A stretch of DNA of 64,000 nucleotides from Candidatus Kaiserbacteria bacterium RIFCSPHIGHO2_01_FULL_46_22 (GTDB taxonomy: Bacteria; Patescibacteriota; Minisyncoccia; Phycocordibacterales; UBA918), in assembly GCA_001779595.1 (NCBI GenBank), contig MFKO01000002.1, positions 22,279-86,278 on the forward strand, written 5' to 3'. Of the stretch, positions 17,460 through 26,593 are shown piece after piece; positions within the stretch are counted from its first letter, which is position 1, and the number at the start of each line of letters is the position of its first letter. A model generated the notes under the pieces. The model saw nothing but the letters and a program-made list of their open reading frames with translations. It was not told the origin of the DNA and did no database searches. Made by a program: the position numbers and the translations under genes.

Positions 17460-18743
17460 ATGCCCAAGGCCAAAAAGAACATCATAGCCTATGTCTCCAG
17501 AGTGCCGTTGGAAGCGGTCGTCGATATTCGTGCTTGGGAAAAAGAAACCGGCGAGAAGTATCGGATAATGCTGATAGAGAATTCAGTCCGCAAATTAACC
17601 AAAAGGCAAAGCGGGGCTTCGCTATCAGGCGTTGATATCGTTTTATCTTTAGACTTTGACAGCGAGGATTCTTTGCAGGAAGGTATTGCTCCTTATCAAG
17701 ATCAGCTTTGTGCCATTTCGAGTCGAGTCGAGTCGTATTTGGCTGATTTCATAAAGATAATCCCCTTCGTACCGTATCTACATACACCAACACCTGAGTC
17801 TCTAAAGTGGGCTAGTGACAAACGCTTAATGCGTCGTCATTTCAAGATTGCCGATTCATCCCTTTCACCAAAATATACTTTGGTTAAAAGCGCGGAAGAT
17901 GCGGAGTTGGATAGGGTTATTAATAAGGTTGGCTTGCCACTTATTGTAAAACCCACCAACTTAGCTCAGAGCTTGCTGATCACTGTATGTCACCATCGTG
18001 ATGAACTGCGAAAAGCTGTAAAGGACATACTTAAAAATATCGACAAGGTGTACGAAGAAAACGGTCGTACCGAAAAACCACGTGTTATTGCCGAGCATTA
18101 TATGGAGGGCCTGCAGTATTCTATTGATGCGTACGTATCGGCTCGCGGAAAGGTTATTTGTTGCCCTCTGGTAAGACAAAAGACCGGTCACGATATAGGC
18201 CGTGATGATTTCTTTGGTTATTTGCAGTCAACTCCAACTGCTCTATCTTCTGCGACTGTCAACAAAGCGGAAGATGTTGTCCGAAGAGGAGTTTATGCTC
18301 TTGGTCTTCGCAATACCACCGTGCACGTAGAGTTGATGAGGATAGATAACGATTGGAAAATTATAGAAATTGGCGCACGTATAGGTGGTTTTCGGCCGCA
18401 GCTGCACCGACTCTCTTGTGGTATCAATCACGGCATGAACGACATCTTAGTTAGAATGGGTAAACCACCAGTGGTACCTCGTCGTTGCAAGCGTTTCTCT
18501 GCAGCAATCAAATACTATGCGAAAGAGGAGGGTGAAATAGTCAGTATTCTTGGTTTGAAGAAAATTGAAAAGCTGAACTCCTTTCACCAGATAGAAATGC
18601 GTAAAAAGCGTGGAGATAAAAGTGTGTTTGCCAAAAACGGCGGCGGCGCCATATTTGTCCTATATTTGGTTAATGACAGCCGCGCGGAACTTCTAGCTGA
18701 TATTCGTCGCGTTGAAGCAACAGTGAAAGTGGAAGTAGATTAG
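17460..18743 (+). CDS. ATP-grasp domain protein with N-terminal extension
   Basis: ...VGLPLIVKPTNLAQSLLITV..., ...VHVELMRIDNDWKIIEIGARIGG... ATP-grasp fold signatures; alternative TTG start at 17451. Confidence 0.5.
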   Translation: MPKAKKNIIAYVSRVPLEAVVDIRAWEKETGEKYRIMLIENSVRKLTKRQSGASLSGVDIVLSLDFDSEDSLQEGIAPYQDQLCAISSRVESYLADFIKIIPFVPYLHTPTPESLKWASDKRLMRRHFKIADSSLSPKYTLVKSAEDAELDRVINKVGLPLIVKPTNLAQSLLITVCHHRDELRKAVKDILKNIDKVYEENGRTEKPRVIAEHYMEGLQYSIDAYVSARGKVICCPLVRQKTGHDIGRDDFFGYLQSTPTALSSATVNKAEDVVRRGVYALGLRNTTVHVELMRIDNDWKIIEIGARIGGFRPQLHRLSCGINHGMNDILVRMGKPPVVPRRCKRFSAAIKYYAKEEGEIVSILGLKKIEKLNSFHQIEMRKKRGDKSVFAKNGGGAIFVLYLVNDSRAELLADIRRVEATVKVEVD

Positions 18744-18764
18744 TTTTACTCGTATCCATTATTT

Positions 18765-19640
18765 ATGAAAATCGCACTAGTTGCTGCTCGTCCGATATTC
18801 GAAATCAAAGAACTTCACAAAGAGTTGTCTTCGCGTGGACACGAAGTGGTCATGTGGCCTTTGGATGATCTGACACCGGAACAATTTGTAAATGGAAGCC
18901 TAGTTGAGGCCTGGAGCGGATTTGATTTGATCTATTACCGGTCGGGGATGTCAGACGCAGGAATCGAGATGTTGCCACGTCTTCTTGGAGACAGGCCAGA
19001 TCGACTCGTAAACCAGGTGTTCATAAAGTACCCTTTATCTCGACATAAAATTTACCAAGCGTTTGCAGCGATAGAGGGAGGTCTGCCTGTACCACCAATG
19101 TTTATAGGGCGTAATGTTCCATTCGCCAAGCTGACAGCCGAACTAGGATTACCTTTCATTGTTAAGGGTGCGCAAGGGATACAAGGTAACAGAGTATTCT
19201 TGGCTTCTGATGAACAAAACTATACGACTTTACTTGAAACTGTCGAAGGTGATGTTTTGATGCAAAAGTTCATCCCTAATAATGGTGACTATCGAGTCTT
19301 TACAATCGGAGGAGAAGTCTATCAGATATTTAAACGGGTAGCAGAGAACGGAAGTTTCAAAAACAACATGTCACTTGGTGCTAAAGGTGAACCAGTGGTT
19401 GACCTTGAACTGCGAGAGCGACTTGGCAACATAGCGACCAAGATTGTACGTGCTCTAAATATCGAAATCGGCGGCGTCGATATCATCGAGTCCGCAGTTG
19501 ATGGAAACTTGTTCTTCTTGGAGGTTAATGTGAACCCAGGTTGGGCTGGGCTTGATTCTACACTAGGTACAAATACCGCTTCAGCTATTGCTGACTATTT
19601 TGAATCTCGCATCAAATCATCTAGTACTGCTACGCTGTAG
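18765..19640 (+). CDS. RimK-like ATP-grasp ligase (alpha-L-glutamate ligase family)
   Basis: ...LPFIVKGAQGIQGNRVFL..., GDYRVFTIGGEV, FFLEVNVNPGW. Confidence 0.6.
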   Translation: MKIALVAARPIFEIKELHKELSSRGHEVVMWPLDDLTPEQFVNGSLVEAWSGFDLIYYRSGMSDAGIEMLPRLLGDRPDRLVNQVFIKYPLSRHKIYQAFAAIEGGLPVPPMFIGRNVPFAKLTAELGLPFIVKGAQGIQGNRVFLASDEQNYTTLLETVEGDVLMQKFIPNNGDYRVFTIGGEVYQIFKRVAENGSFKNNMSLGAKGEPVVDLELRERLGNIATKIVRALNIEIGGVDIIESAVDGNLFFLEVNVNPGWAGLDSTLGTNTASAIADYFESRIKSSSTATL

Positions 19641-20500
19641 GTTTTCTCTAGATCAAAGCCAACAAAAGGATTAAATATATCCATCTGTGGTGCCTTGTTA
19701 ACTTCAAACACTAAAGGTCCACGCGGAGAACGGACCAGATCTACACCAGCTAGACGCAACTGTGCTATCTCCGCTGCTTTGATGCATATATCGCGCTCTT
19801 GCTCGGAGATCTCTGCCTTTTCACCCTGACCGCCTTGTGAGAGGTTGTTATAGAAGCCATCTGCGCTACTTCTCCTTACAGCGGCTATTACCTTTCCATC
19901 CAATACGAAGACGCGTAAGTCGTAATCGTTTTCTATGTACTCCTGAATAAGTGTAAGGTTGTCGTCGGTTCCTAGTTTTTCTTCGAGCTCAGCCAGAGTA
20001 TTAACTTTCCAAACCTGCTTACCTTTCGAGCCGGTTTTTTTGATCACAGAAGGGAAGGTCAGATGAGTGGAGAGAAACTGCTGGTTTACTTTGTATGAGT
20101 GATTTGTCAATAAGATTGACTTCGGTACTTGTATGCCTGAAAGGGGTAGAAGGACACCGATTGTCATTTTGTCGGCAGTCTTGTCCGAAAGCAGATTTGC
20201 GTTGTCGATATAAGCAGGAGCTTGTTTGCTGAGGATTGTAGCAATCAGATAGGTTCGATAAGTGTCCTGATTGGTTCGTCTAAATACAAAACCGGTGTCT
20301 TTAGTGACTAAGGGAAGGTTGTTGTAGATGACGGAGACAGCCTTATTGTCCTCATTATGACCAATAGTTATAAGACAGTCTTTAGTGTCGATGTTCTCTG
20401 TAGTCAGACTCCGGGCAGCGGCTGCTTCGTGAAAAGTAGAAATGAAATGTTCCAGGTCACCGGCGTTCAATACAACTATTTGTTTCAACATAATGGTCAA
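19595..20500 (-). CDS. RimK-like ATP-grasp ligase (second, convergent copy)
   Basis: DYDLRVFVLDGKVIAAVRR, GVDLVRSPRGPLVFEVNKAPQM; 3' end overlaps the previous gene by 46 nt. Confidence 0.6.
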   Translation of the reverse strand: MTIMLKQIVVLNAGDLEHFISTFHEAAAARSLTTENIDTKDCLITIGHNEDNKAVSVIYNNLPLVTKDTGFVFRRTNQDTYRTYLIATILSKQAPAYIDNANLLSDKTADKMTIGVLLPLSGIQVPKSILLTNHSYKVNQQFLSTHLTFPSVIKKTGSKGKQVWKVNTLAELEEKLGTDDNLTLIQEYIENDYDLRVFVLDGKVIAAVRRSSADGFYNNLSQGGQGEKAEISEQERDICIKAAEIAQLRLAGVDLVRSPRGPLVFEVNKAPQMDIFNPFVGFDLEKTYSVAVLDDLMRDSK

Positions 20501-20549
20501 ATCTTATGTTTATTATGAAGGATGGTCAATCTTTTGTTATAATAGCCAT

Positions 20550-21101
20550 ATGATACGCACGCGTGATTTTTTGCTGTTTGGAGCAGTCGTGCTCTTTCTT
20601 TTTACTGGCCTAAGCGTGACTGTGTTGATGGATGCATGGCAGGAAGGAGGTCAATTGGCTACTGTGGTTGAATTTGAACGACCTAAGGAAGTTGCGGGCG
20701 CTGAGGCAGAAGATCAAGTTAAAGACTACGAAGGCAATGCTGAACGTTTACGGGGCAAAATTGCACAAGGGGAAGGTATCGTAGCAGGCGGTCCGGTGTT
20801 TACATCGGTCGATGACTTGATGGCTGCGTCCAGCACGACAATTACCGATCAGACTGCGCCGACTTCAATTTTGATCGGACAAACAATGGATGGTTCACCT
20901 TTATCGAGCGATGAGCTTTGGCGCTATGTGGGTTTTACACAAACCGATCAAATTGGTGTTGCGATAAATGGTTACCCGATCTTCGGTTCTCATTCGAACG
21001 TGGCAGTACTTGATGCTTGCGGGGGAGTTGATGAGGGATCAGGTTATCGTTACTACATACAGCCGGGCAAAGAGGTTGCTGAGGGGTGCTTTGTGAAGTA
21101 A
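20550..21101 (+). CDS. Hypothetical membrane-anchored protein
   Basis: N-terminal TM (FLLFGAVVLFLFTGLSVTVLM); ATG at 20550 preferred. Confidence 0.35.
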   Translation: MIRTRDFLLFGAVVLFLFTGLSVTVLMDAWQEGGQLATVVEFERPKEVAGAEAEDQVKDYEGNAERLRGKIAQGEGIVAGGPVFTSVDDLMAASSTTITDQTAPTSILIGQTMDGSPLSSDELWRYVGFTQTDQIGVAINGYPIFGSHSNVAVLDACGGVDEGSGYRYYIQPGKEVAEGCFVK

Positions 21102-21130
21102 TATCCCAGATTGATTTAGTATTGTAAATG

Positions 21131-21139
21131 TGTTATAAT
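21131..21139 (+). promoter_or_regulatory. Extended -10 promoter element (TGtTATAAT)
   Basis: TG at 21131-21132, TATAAT at 21134-21139, ~17 nt upstream of AGGAGG. Confidence 0.45.
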
Positions 21140-21167
21140 ACAGAAAGTCTGCACGCAGGAGGAAAAA

Positions 21168-21668
21168 TTGGATTGGATCAATGTACGTCCACTGAGCAAG
21201 CCTGAAAAATTGGCTGACGTCGCAATGGCTCCGTTGATGCGAGTCATTTCTGGAGCACCCAGTGAAGTTCCCCAAAGTACGCATCGTTGGAACAATGCAA
21301 AGCTAGATGCTGAGATTTGTTCCAGTTTTCGTGATGATTGTATGGTCGAGATCGCTGGTGACCCGGCCGCCAAGAGAATGTGGTACGGCTCACTCCCTCT
21401 TTTTCATTTACCCATTCTGGGTGGATGGAAAAGATATGTTGTACTTCAGTCAGAAAGACCACACATCAAATGGTATGTGGGCTGGATAACACAGGAAGTT
21501 TGCGGCTACTCGAGAATACCGAGTCTAGGAGCAACGCGATCATTGATTGGACCGGGGAATGTGAAATTCTTTGGTCTGAACGCCGCTGGTCTCCAGATAC
21601 CAATCCGCATGGTCGGTGAGGGAAAGATCGGCGACGGTGGGGAGTGGCGGAATTTGCCGCTACGCTGA
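21168..21668 (+). CDS. Orphan 166-aa ORF (TTG start) of uncertain coding status
   Basis: AGGAGG then a 5-nt spacer then TTG; Trp/Cys-rich sequence without recognisable domain; region carries overlapping 60-85-aa ORFs on both strands. Confidence 0.3.
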   Translation: MDWINVRPLSKPEKLADVAMAPLMRVISGAPSEVPQSTHRWNNAKLDAEICSSFRDDCMVEIAGDPAAKRMWYGSLPLFHLPILGGWKRYVVLQSERPHIKWYVGWITQEVCGYSRIPSLGATRSLIGPGNVKFFGLNAAGLQIPIRMVGEGKIGDGGEWRNLPLR

Positions 21669-21673
21669 GGTTG

Positions 21674-21702
21674 GGGCGCGAGAAAATACTCGCGCCCTTT
21701 TA
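21674..21702 (+). terminator. Rho-independent terminator
   Basis: gggcgcgag-aaaata-ctcgcgccc perfect stem followed by TTTT. Confidence 0.75.
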
Positions 21703-21718
21703 CGTATCAGGCATCTGC

Positions 21719-21724
21719 TATAAT
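21719..21724 (+). promoter_or_regulatory. -10 box (TATAAT) 6 nt upstream of the GH1 ATG; possible leaderless transcript
   Basis: TATAAT at 21719-21724, ATG at 21731. Confidence 0.3.
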
Positions 21725-21730
21725 TTTGCT

Positions 21731-22960
21731 ATGCAAAGTAAGCGAATTTTTCCGGAAGGCTTTTATTGGGGTTCTGCAACATCAAGTTTTCAGACAGAGG
21801 GTGGCGTGGAAAATATGGACTGGGCCAAAGGCGCAAAGGAGGGCCGAGTACCAATGATTGGACGTGCTTGTGATTTCTACAATCGTTATGAAAGTGATTT
21901 TGATATCGTAAAGGAGCTTGGGCATAACTGTCATCGTATTTCCATAGAGTGGGCTCGAGTCGAGCCAGAGGAGGGAAAATTTGACGAAAATGAAATTCAG
22001 CACTATTTGAAAGTGTTGGCCGCAATGCGAGAGCGTCGTATTAAACCTTTTATAACCATTTGGCATTTTTCACTACCGCTTTGGTTTTCTGAGAGTGGCG
22101 GTTTTGAACGCAGTGATTCTCCTGAGATTTTTGCTCGTTTTTGCGGTTATGTAGCCAAAAAGCTTGGCAATGACTGTCGCCATTTTTCTACCATCAATGA
22201 ACCCACTGTTTTAGCCAGCAATGGTTGGGTGCGTGGTACCTGGCCGCCATTTAAGGAAGTGCCAGGTATGGGTTGGGCATTATCTAATGTTCCTGGACAT
22301 CAAGAAAACAAAAAAGATAAGGGCTGGCGAAATTTGTTTTTATACTTGCGTGTGCTCAAAAATCTTGCCCGTGCCCATAACGCCGCTTACGACGCAATAA
22401 AGAAAAATGCTTTCGGCGCTGAAGTGAGTATTGTGCATCACATTATCCTTTTTCATGCCAATTGGAATCCGATAAATAAATTCAAAGCTTGGTTTATGAA
22501 TTGGTTTTGGACGCACCGCTTTATTAAGCAAGTGTACAAAAAATGCGATTCAATCGGTGTTAACTATTACTTACACAAGAAGTTTGGAGGCACAGAAACT
22601 TACGCCAAGACTGATATGAATTGGGATGTCTACCCTGAAGGTTTGTGTGGCGCACTAAAGATGGTTGGTAGATACGGAAAACCGCTTTGGGTGGCGGAGG
22701 CTGGAGTGGCTGATGCTGATGACGATATTCGCGGTGACTACATCAAGGGTTTAGTGAGCTGTATGTATACCGCAATTGAACAAGGTGTCGATCTACGCGG
22801 CTATATGTACTGGTCTCTTCTTGATAACTACGAATTGGCACACGGATACGACAAGCGTTTTGGTCTAGTTGAAATTGATTACGATACTTTGGAGCGAAAG
22901 ATTCGTCCGTCTGCATATGTGTACAAGCAGATAATTGAGAACAACGGGTTGGTAGAATAG
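21731..22960 (+). CDS. Glycoside hydrolase family 1 (beta-glucosidase-like)
   Basis: FYWGSATSSFQTEGG N-terminal signature, TINEP acid/base motif, ...WVAEAGVAD nucleophile region. Confidence 0.75.
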   Translation: MQSKRIFPEGFYWGSATSSFQTEGGVENMDWAKGAKEGRVPMIGRACDFYNRYESDFDIVKELGHNCHRISIEWARVEPEEGKFDENEIQHYLKVLAAMRERRIKPFITIWHFSLPLWFSESGGFERSDSPEIFARFCGYVAKKLGNDCRHFSTINEPTVLASNGWVRGTWPPFKEVPGMGWALSNVPGHQENKKDKGWRNLFLYLRVLKNLARAHNAAYDAIKKNAFGAEVSIVHHIILFHANWNPINKFKAWFMNWFWTHRFIKQVYKKCDSIGVNYYLHKKFGGTETYAKTDMNWDVYPEGLCGALKMVGRYGKPLWVAEAGVADADDDIRGDYIKGLVSCMYTAIEQGVDLRGYMYWSLLDNYELAHGYDKRFGLVEIDYDTLERKIRPSAYVYKQIIENNGLVE

Positions 22961-22966
22961 ATCTAA

Positions 22967-23899
22967 ATGTCTTGGATTCTTCTTGCGACCAGCGCGCAGT
23001 TTATAAACGCGGTTGTTGCTGTTGCAGATAAATACTTAGTGTCGGACGAGAAGCGGATGCCTCGGCCGTTTGTTTATGCTTTTTACACCTGTCTAGTGAC
23101 GGGGTTTTGGCTTGTCATTTATCTTTTTGGGTTTATACCGGGCTTGTCGGCGTTAGGAGTGCCTAGTTTTTCCAACATCAAAATTCCTACCCTAGAGGTA
23201 GTGGCGCTTTCTTTCTTTGCAGCGTACACATTCTTCATTGCTGTCGTGTCTCTGTACGGTAGTTTGAAACGGGCAGACACTTCTGATGTGATGCCGGTAA
23301 TTGGTGCTATATCTGCCGCTGCCTCTTTTGGCCTGACTTATATCTTCTGGGAGGTCAGCTATTCGCCAAATTTTATTTGGGGCATAGTGCTATTAGCGAC
23401 AGGCACTTTTGCTGTTTCTAGTATTCGCTTTTCTACCAATATCGCTCTGGCGGCCATTCATAGCGGTTTATTTTTTGCACTCCACTACATTGCAATGAAA
23501 GGGTTGTTTGAAACGAGCAATTTTGATAACGGATTTTTCTGGTCTCGGGTGGCGTTAGTACTGTTCGCCCTATCTTGGCTCTTGGTACCTAATTATCTAG
23601 AGCTTATAAAAGAACAAAACCAGAAGACAAGCAAACGCACGGGGATGTTGGTGTTTGGTACCAAGATTCTTGCTGGCGTGGCTGCATTTATGATTCTTAA
23701 AGCAACTGATCTGGGTGACGTGGCCGTTGTACAGGCTTTGGATGGCGTGAAATTTGTATTTATCCTGTTCATTACTTTCTTCTTGGGACGATGGCTTCCG
23801 GAGTCTGTTGGTGAACGCTACAGTGACTCCAAAACATTAGTACAAAAATTTGTTTACGTTACCATTATCTGTCTAGGGTTTACTCTTTTGTTTTTATAA
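22967..23899 (+). CDS. Polytopic membrane protein (possibly DMT/EamA-like transporter)
   Basis: About 10 predicted hydrophobic helices, 310 aa; assignment to DMT is weak. Confidence 0.35.
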   Translation: MSWILLATSAQFINAVVAVADKYLVSDEKRMPRPFVYAFYTCLVTGFWLVIYLFGFIPGLSALGVPSFSNIKIPTLEVVALSFFAAYTFFIAVVSLYGSLKRADTSDVMPVIGAISAAASFGLTYIFWEVSYSPNFIWGIVLLATGTFAVSSIRFSTNIALAAIHSGLFFALHYIAMKGLFETSNFDNGFFWSRVALVLFALSWLLVPNYLELIKEQNQKTSKRTGMLVFGTKILAGVAAFMILKATDLGDVAVVQALDGVKFVFILFITFFLGRWLPESVGERYSDSKTLVQKFVYVTIICLGFTLLFL

Positions 23900-23902
23900 A
23901 CA

Positions 23903-24919
23903 ATGAAGAAAAACAAAAAAACTAATAAATGGTTCTGGTGGATTGCGGTTCCGGTTTTGGTACTCGCCTTGATAGCCGTGTTTGTATGGTGGTTATCAGA
24001 GAAGCCAGTGCCTAAAAAAATAGTGTACGGAATGTCGTTTAATACACTTTACGCCAGAGAGCTCAATCTGGATTGGCGAGAAGTTTACGACGCTATTCTT
24101 GATGATCTTGGAGTGCGCCATCTTCGTTTGGCCGCGCATTGGCCGATGGTTGAACCCTCGCCTGGAGTTTATAACTGGACGGAACTTGATTACCAGATTG
24201 AGAAAGCGGAGGCAGTAAATGCCGATGTGATTTTTGCTGTTGGTCGTCGTTTGCCGCGCTGGCCAGAATGCCATGTACCGGAATGGGGTACTAATTTATC
24301 CTGGGATGAGCAAAAGGAAGAAATCCGTGAATATCTCAAAGCGGTTGTAGAACGATATAAAGACAGCCCGGCCATTGTGTATTGGCAAGTAGAAAACGAA
24401 CCTTATCTAGAAGTGTTTGCAAAAGAACACTGTAATGAATTGGACGAAGAATTTCTAATTGAAGAAATTAAACTTGTCCGCGCACTTGATCCGACTAGAC
24501 CGGTCCTCGTGACTGATAGTGGTAACTTAGGTTTATGGGCAGATGCGTACAAACATGGTGATGCTTTTGGGACGAGTGTCTATGTTTATTTTTGGAATCC
24601 GGAGCTAGGTCAGTTCAAAACAGCGTTGCCGCCGTGGTTTTATCGAGTAAAAGAAAATTTCATTAAACTTTTCTACGGTGATAAGCCGACTTTTCTAATC
24701 GAATTATCTGCCGAACCGTGGTTGGTGGAGCCGATAACGAATGTCGATTTGGAGACTCAATATTCCCGAATGGATCTAAGTAAAATTAATGAGATCATTG
24801 ATTATGCAAGGGAAACCCGTTACGATAAACAATATCTATGGGGAGCCGAATGGTGGTACTGGCTTAAGGTTCAGGGGCATACAGAAATTTGGGATAGAGG
24901 AAAAGAGTTGTATAAATAA
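23903..24919 (+). CDS. Membrane-anchored TIM-barrel glycoside hydrolase (GH5-like, ENEP motif)
   Basis: N-terminal TM; ...WQVENEPYLE... catalytic acid motif. Confidence 0.5.
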   Translation: MKKNKKTNKWFWWIAVPVLVLALIAVFVWWLSEKPVPKKIVYGMSFNTLYARELNLDWREVYDAILDDLGVRHLRLAAHWPMVEPSPGVYNWTELDYQIEKAEAVNADVIFAVGRRLPRWPECHVPEWGTNLSWDEQKEEIREYLKAVVERYKDSPAIVYWQVENEPYLEVFAKEHCNELDEEFLIEEIKLVRALDPTRPVLVTDSGNLGLWADAYKHGDAFGTSVYVYFWNPELGQFKTALPPWFYRVKENFIKLFYGDKPTFLIELSAEPWLVEPITNVDLETQYSRMDLSKINEIIDYARETRYDKQYLWGAEWWYWLKVQGHTEIWDRGKELYK

Positions 24920-24938
24920 TTAAAAGCAGAAATTTAAA

Positions 24939-26087
24939 ATGAAAAACCAAACTTTAAGATTTGCACTAGCGGGCGGCAGTATTTGCCTGTCGATCGGTAT
25001 AGTGGCCGCTTTTATGCTGGCCATTGTTCCACTTTACGCGTCAGCCGAGACAGTGGTTCGTACTGGTGGAGATGTATCAATAAACGCCGGGCAAGTTGTA
25101 GAGAATGATTTTTATGCAGCAGGCGGAGGAGTCGTGCATTCTGGTGAAGTGCAAGGTGATATGTATGTTGCCGCTGGTTCGGTCACAGTGAATGGCGAGG
25201 TTGGTGAGGACTTGACGGTGCTCGGCGGAACGATAAACGTACATAACACTATCGGTGACGACTTGCGAGTAGTAGGCGGAGAAGCTGTTATTGCTGGAGA
25301 AGTTAAGGACGACGTTTTTGTTCTGGGTGGCAAATTACACATCCTATCTACAGCTAAGATTGGCGGTAATGTTTATTTCTATGGTGGGGAAGCAGTGATA
25401 GATGGTGAAGTATTGGGTACTGTAATGGGTCACGCAGAGCGCTTCACTATCAATTCTGCTGTTAGTGGCGTTGATGTGGTTGGCGTTTTAGAGTTGCAGG
25501 ACAATGCTTCAGTTAAAGGCGATGTTCGCTACCAAAGTGAAAAGGAAATTACTCGTTCACAGAGTGCAGCAGTATCAGGACAGATAGTTCGTGGAGACGC
25601 TGCTGATGCGGAAAGTAGTAAGAAAAGTAATTTTGGTTTGTTTGCTTTGTTGGCATGGTTTTTCACAACACTTTGTTTGTTTTTCTTGTTCCGAGGTAAG
25701 CTCGAACAACTTTGGCGTCGTCTTCGACGAGAGCCAGCAAAAAGTGGCATCTTTGGTTTGGTCGCCATTATCGCTGGGCCGATCCTAACCTTTATTTTAT
25801 TTGTGACTGTTTTAGGTGCTTGGCTCGGCTTACTTACTTTGATAGCACTGACCGCATTAATACTTGTAGGTATGCTGTTGTTGCCAATAATGTTGGGCCG
25901 ACTAACTGTTTCGATTTTCCCACAATGGGACAAAATGAATTTTGGTACGGTTTTGGTTGGTTTTATTGGTACCGCTCTTCTTTGCTCTTTGCCTTGGTTT
26001 GGAGGGTTGTTGATCTTCGCAGCTCTAGTGATAACTATGGGCGGCTTATTGCTTGTTGTGTATCGGGGCATTAAAGACCAGTTTTAG
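24939..26087 (+). CDS. Bactofilin/CcmA-like beta-helical repeat protein with C-terminal TM segments
   Basis: Repeated GGxVxVxGEVxGD units (…GDMYVAAGSVTVNGEVGEDLTVLGGTINVHNTIGDDLRVVGGEAVIAGEVKDDVFVLGG…); 4-5 C-terminal hydrophobic helices. Confidence 0.45.
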   Translation: MKNQTLRFALAGGSICLSIGIVAAFMLAIVPLYASAETVVRTGGDVSINAGQVVENDFYAAGGGVVHSGEVQGDMYVAAGSVTVNGEVGEDLTVLGGTINVHNTIGDDLRVVGGEAVIAGEVKDDVFVLGGKLHILSTAKIGGNVYFYGGEAVIDGEVLGTVMGHAERFTINSAVSGVDVVGVLELQDNASVKGDVRYQSEKEITRSQSAAVSGQIVRGDAADAESSKKSNFGLFALLAWFFTTLCLFFLFRGKLEQLWRRLRREPAKSGIFGLVAIIAGPILTFILFVTVLGAWLGLLTLIALTALILVGMLLLPIMLGRLTVSIFPQWDKMNFGTVLVGFIGTALLCSLPWFGGLLIFAALVITMGGLLLVVYRGIKDQF

Positions 26088-26212
26088 GAAGGACTGAGTG
26101 AATTGGTATCAGGTTGTTAAAGTAGCATTGACTTTAGTCATTTTTTGATTTAGTGTTCGTTACAGACCATTCCATGAGGAGTGGCAAATGCACCTAGAAA
26201 AGGAGAATATCA

Positions 26213-26593
26213 ATGGGGATACTTATTAGGAGGTCAGATGGACTTCGGATTCGTGTGACCGGCACCGGCGTGGATGGTGACCCGATCGGTGAGGTTATCG
26301 ACGATCAGGACAGCATCGTCACGGTCCGTCGCCTCAACTTGGCCGAAAGGGACGCCTACTACCGCGCCCAGAAAAGCGGGAAGATAGAAGTTGCGGTTAT
26401 CAAACACCACAACGGCGTCATCAAGACTCAGCGCTACTGGAGCCCGAGCAGCGGGAAACGTTCCGTTGCTCCGCAGAGATCTTCTCTGCGGAGCAACAAA
26501 TCCTCGACCACTTACAGGGTCGTCGAGATCGAAAGCCAGTTTTCTGTGCGGATCGGCACCAAGCACTTGGACTTTCCGAAGGGTCTCTATTGA
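26213..26593 (+). CDS. Orphan 126-aa protein in GC-rich island
   Basis: AGGAG, 7-nt spacer, ATG; GC-rich; contains a 15-bp-arm inverted repeat; no family recognised. Confidence 0.4.
   Translation: MGILIRRSDGLRIRVTGTGVDGDPIGEVIDDQDSIVTVRRLNLAERDAYYRAQKSGKIEVAVIKHHNGVIKTQRYWSPSSGKRSVAPQRSSLRSNKSSTTYRVVEIESQFSVRIGTKHLDFPKGLY
26465..26497 (+). repeat. Perfect inverted repeat inside the orphan ORF (15-bp arms, 3-nt spacer)
   Basis: gttgctccgcagaga-tct-tctctgcggagcaac. Confidence 0.8.

Noticed and set aside
17435-17635. 66-aa plus-strand ORF overlapping the ATP-grasp gene start, considered as a possible precursor peptide
   Set aside because: It lies in a different frame across the ATP-grasp 5' end with no RBS or leader/core pattern. 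I treat it as spurious.
21168-21668. Tested whether this ORF-poor-looking segment is RNase P RNA, tmRNA, SRP or 6S RNA
   Set aside because: None of the diagnostic motifs are present (GGAAAGUCCGGGCUCC / ACAGAACCCGGCUUA for RNase P; the ANDENYALAA tag frame and UCCACCA end for tmRNA; the SRP GGAA tetraloop domain). It is left as an orphan ORF or unknown.
25529-26071. 180-aa minus-strand ORF antisense to the bactofilin-like gene
   Set aside because: The plus-strand gene has coherent repeat and TM architecture and operon context. The antisense ORF has no signals.
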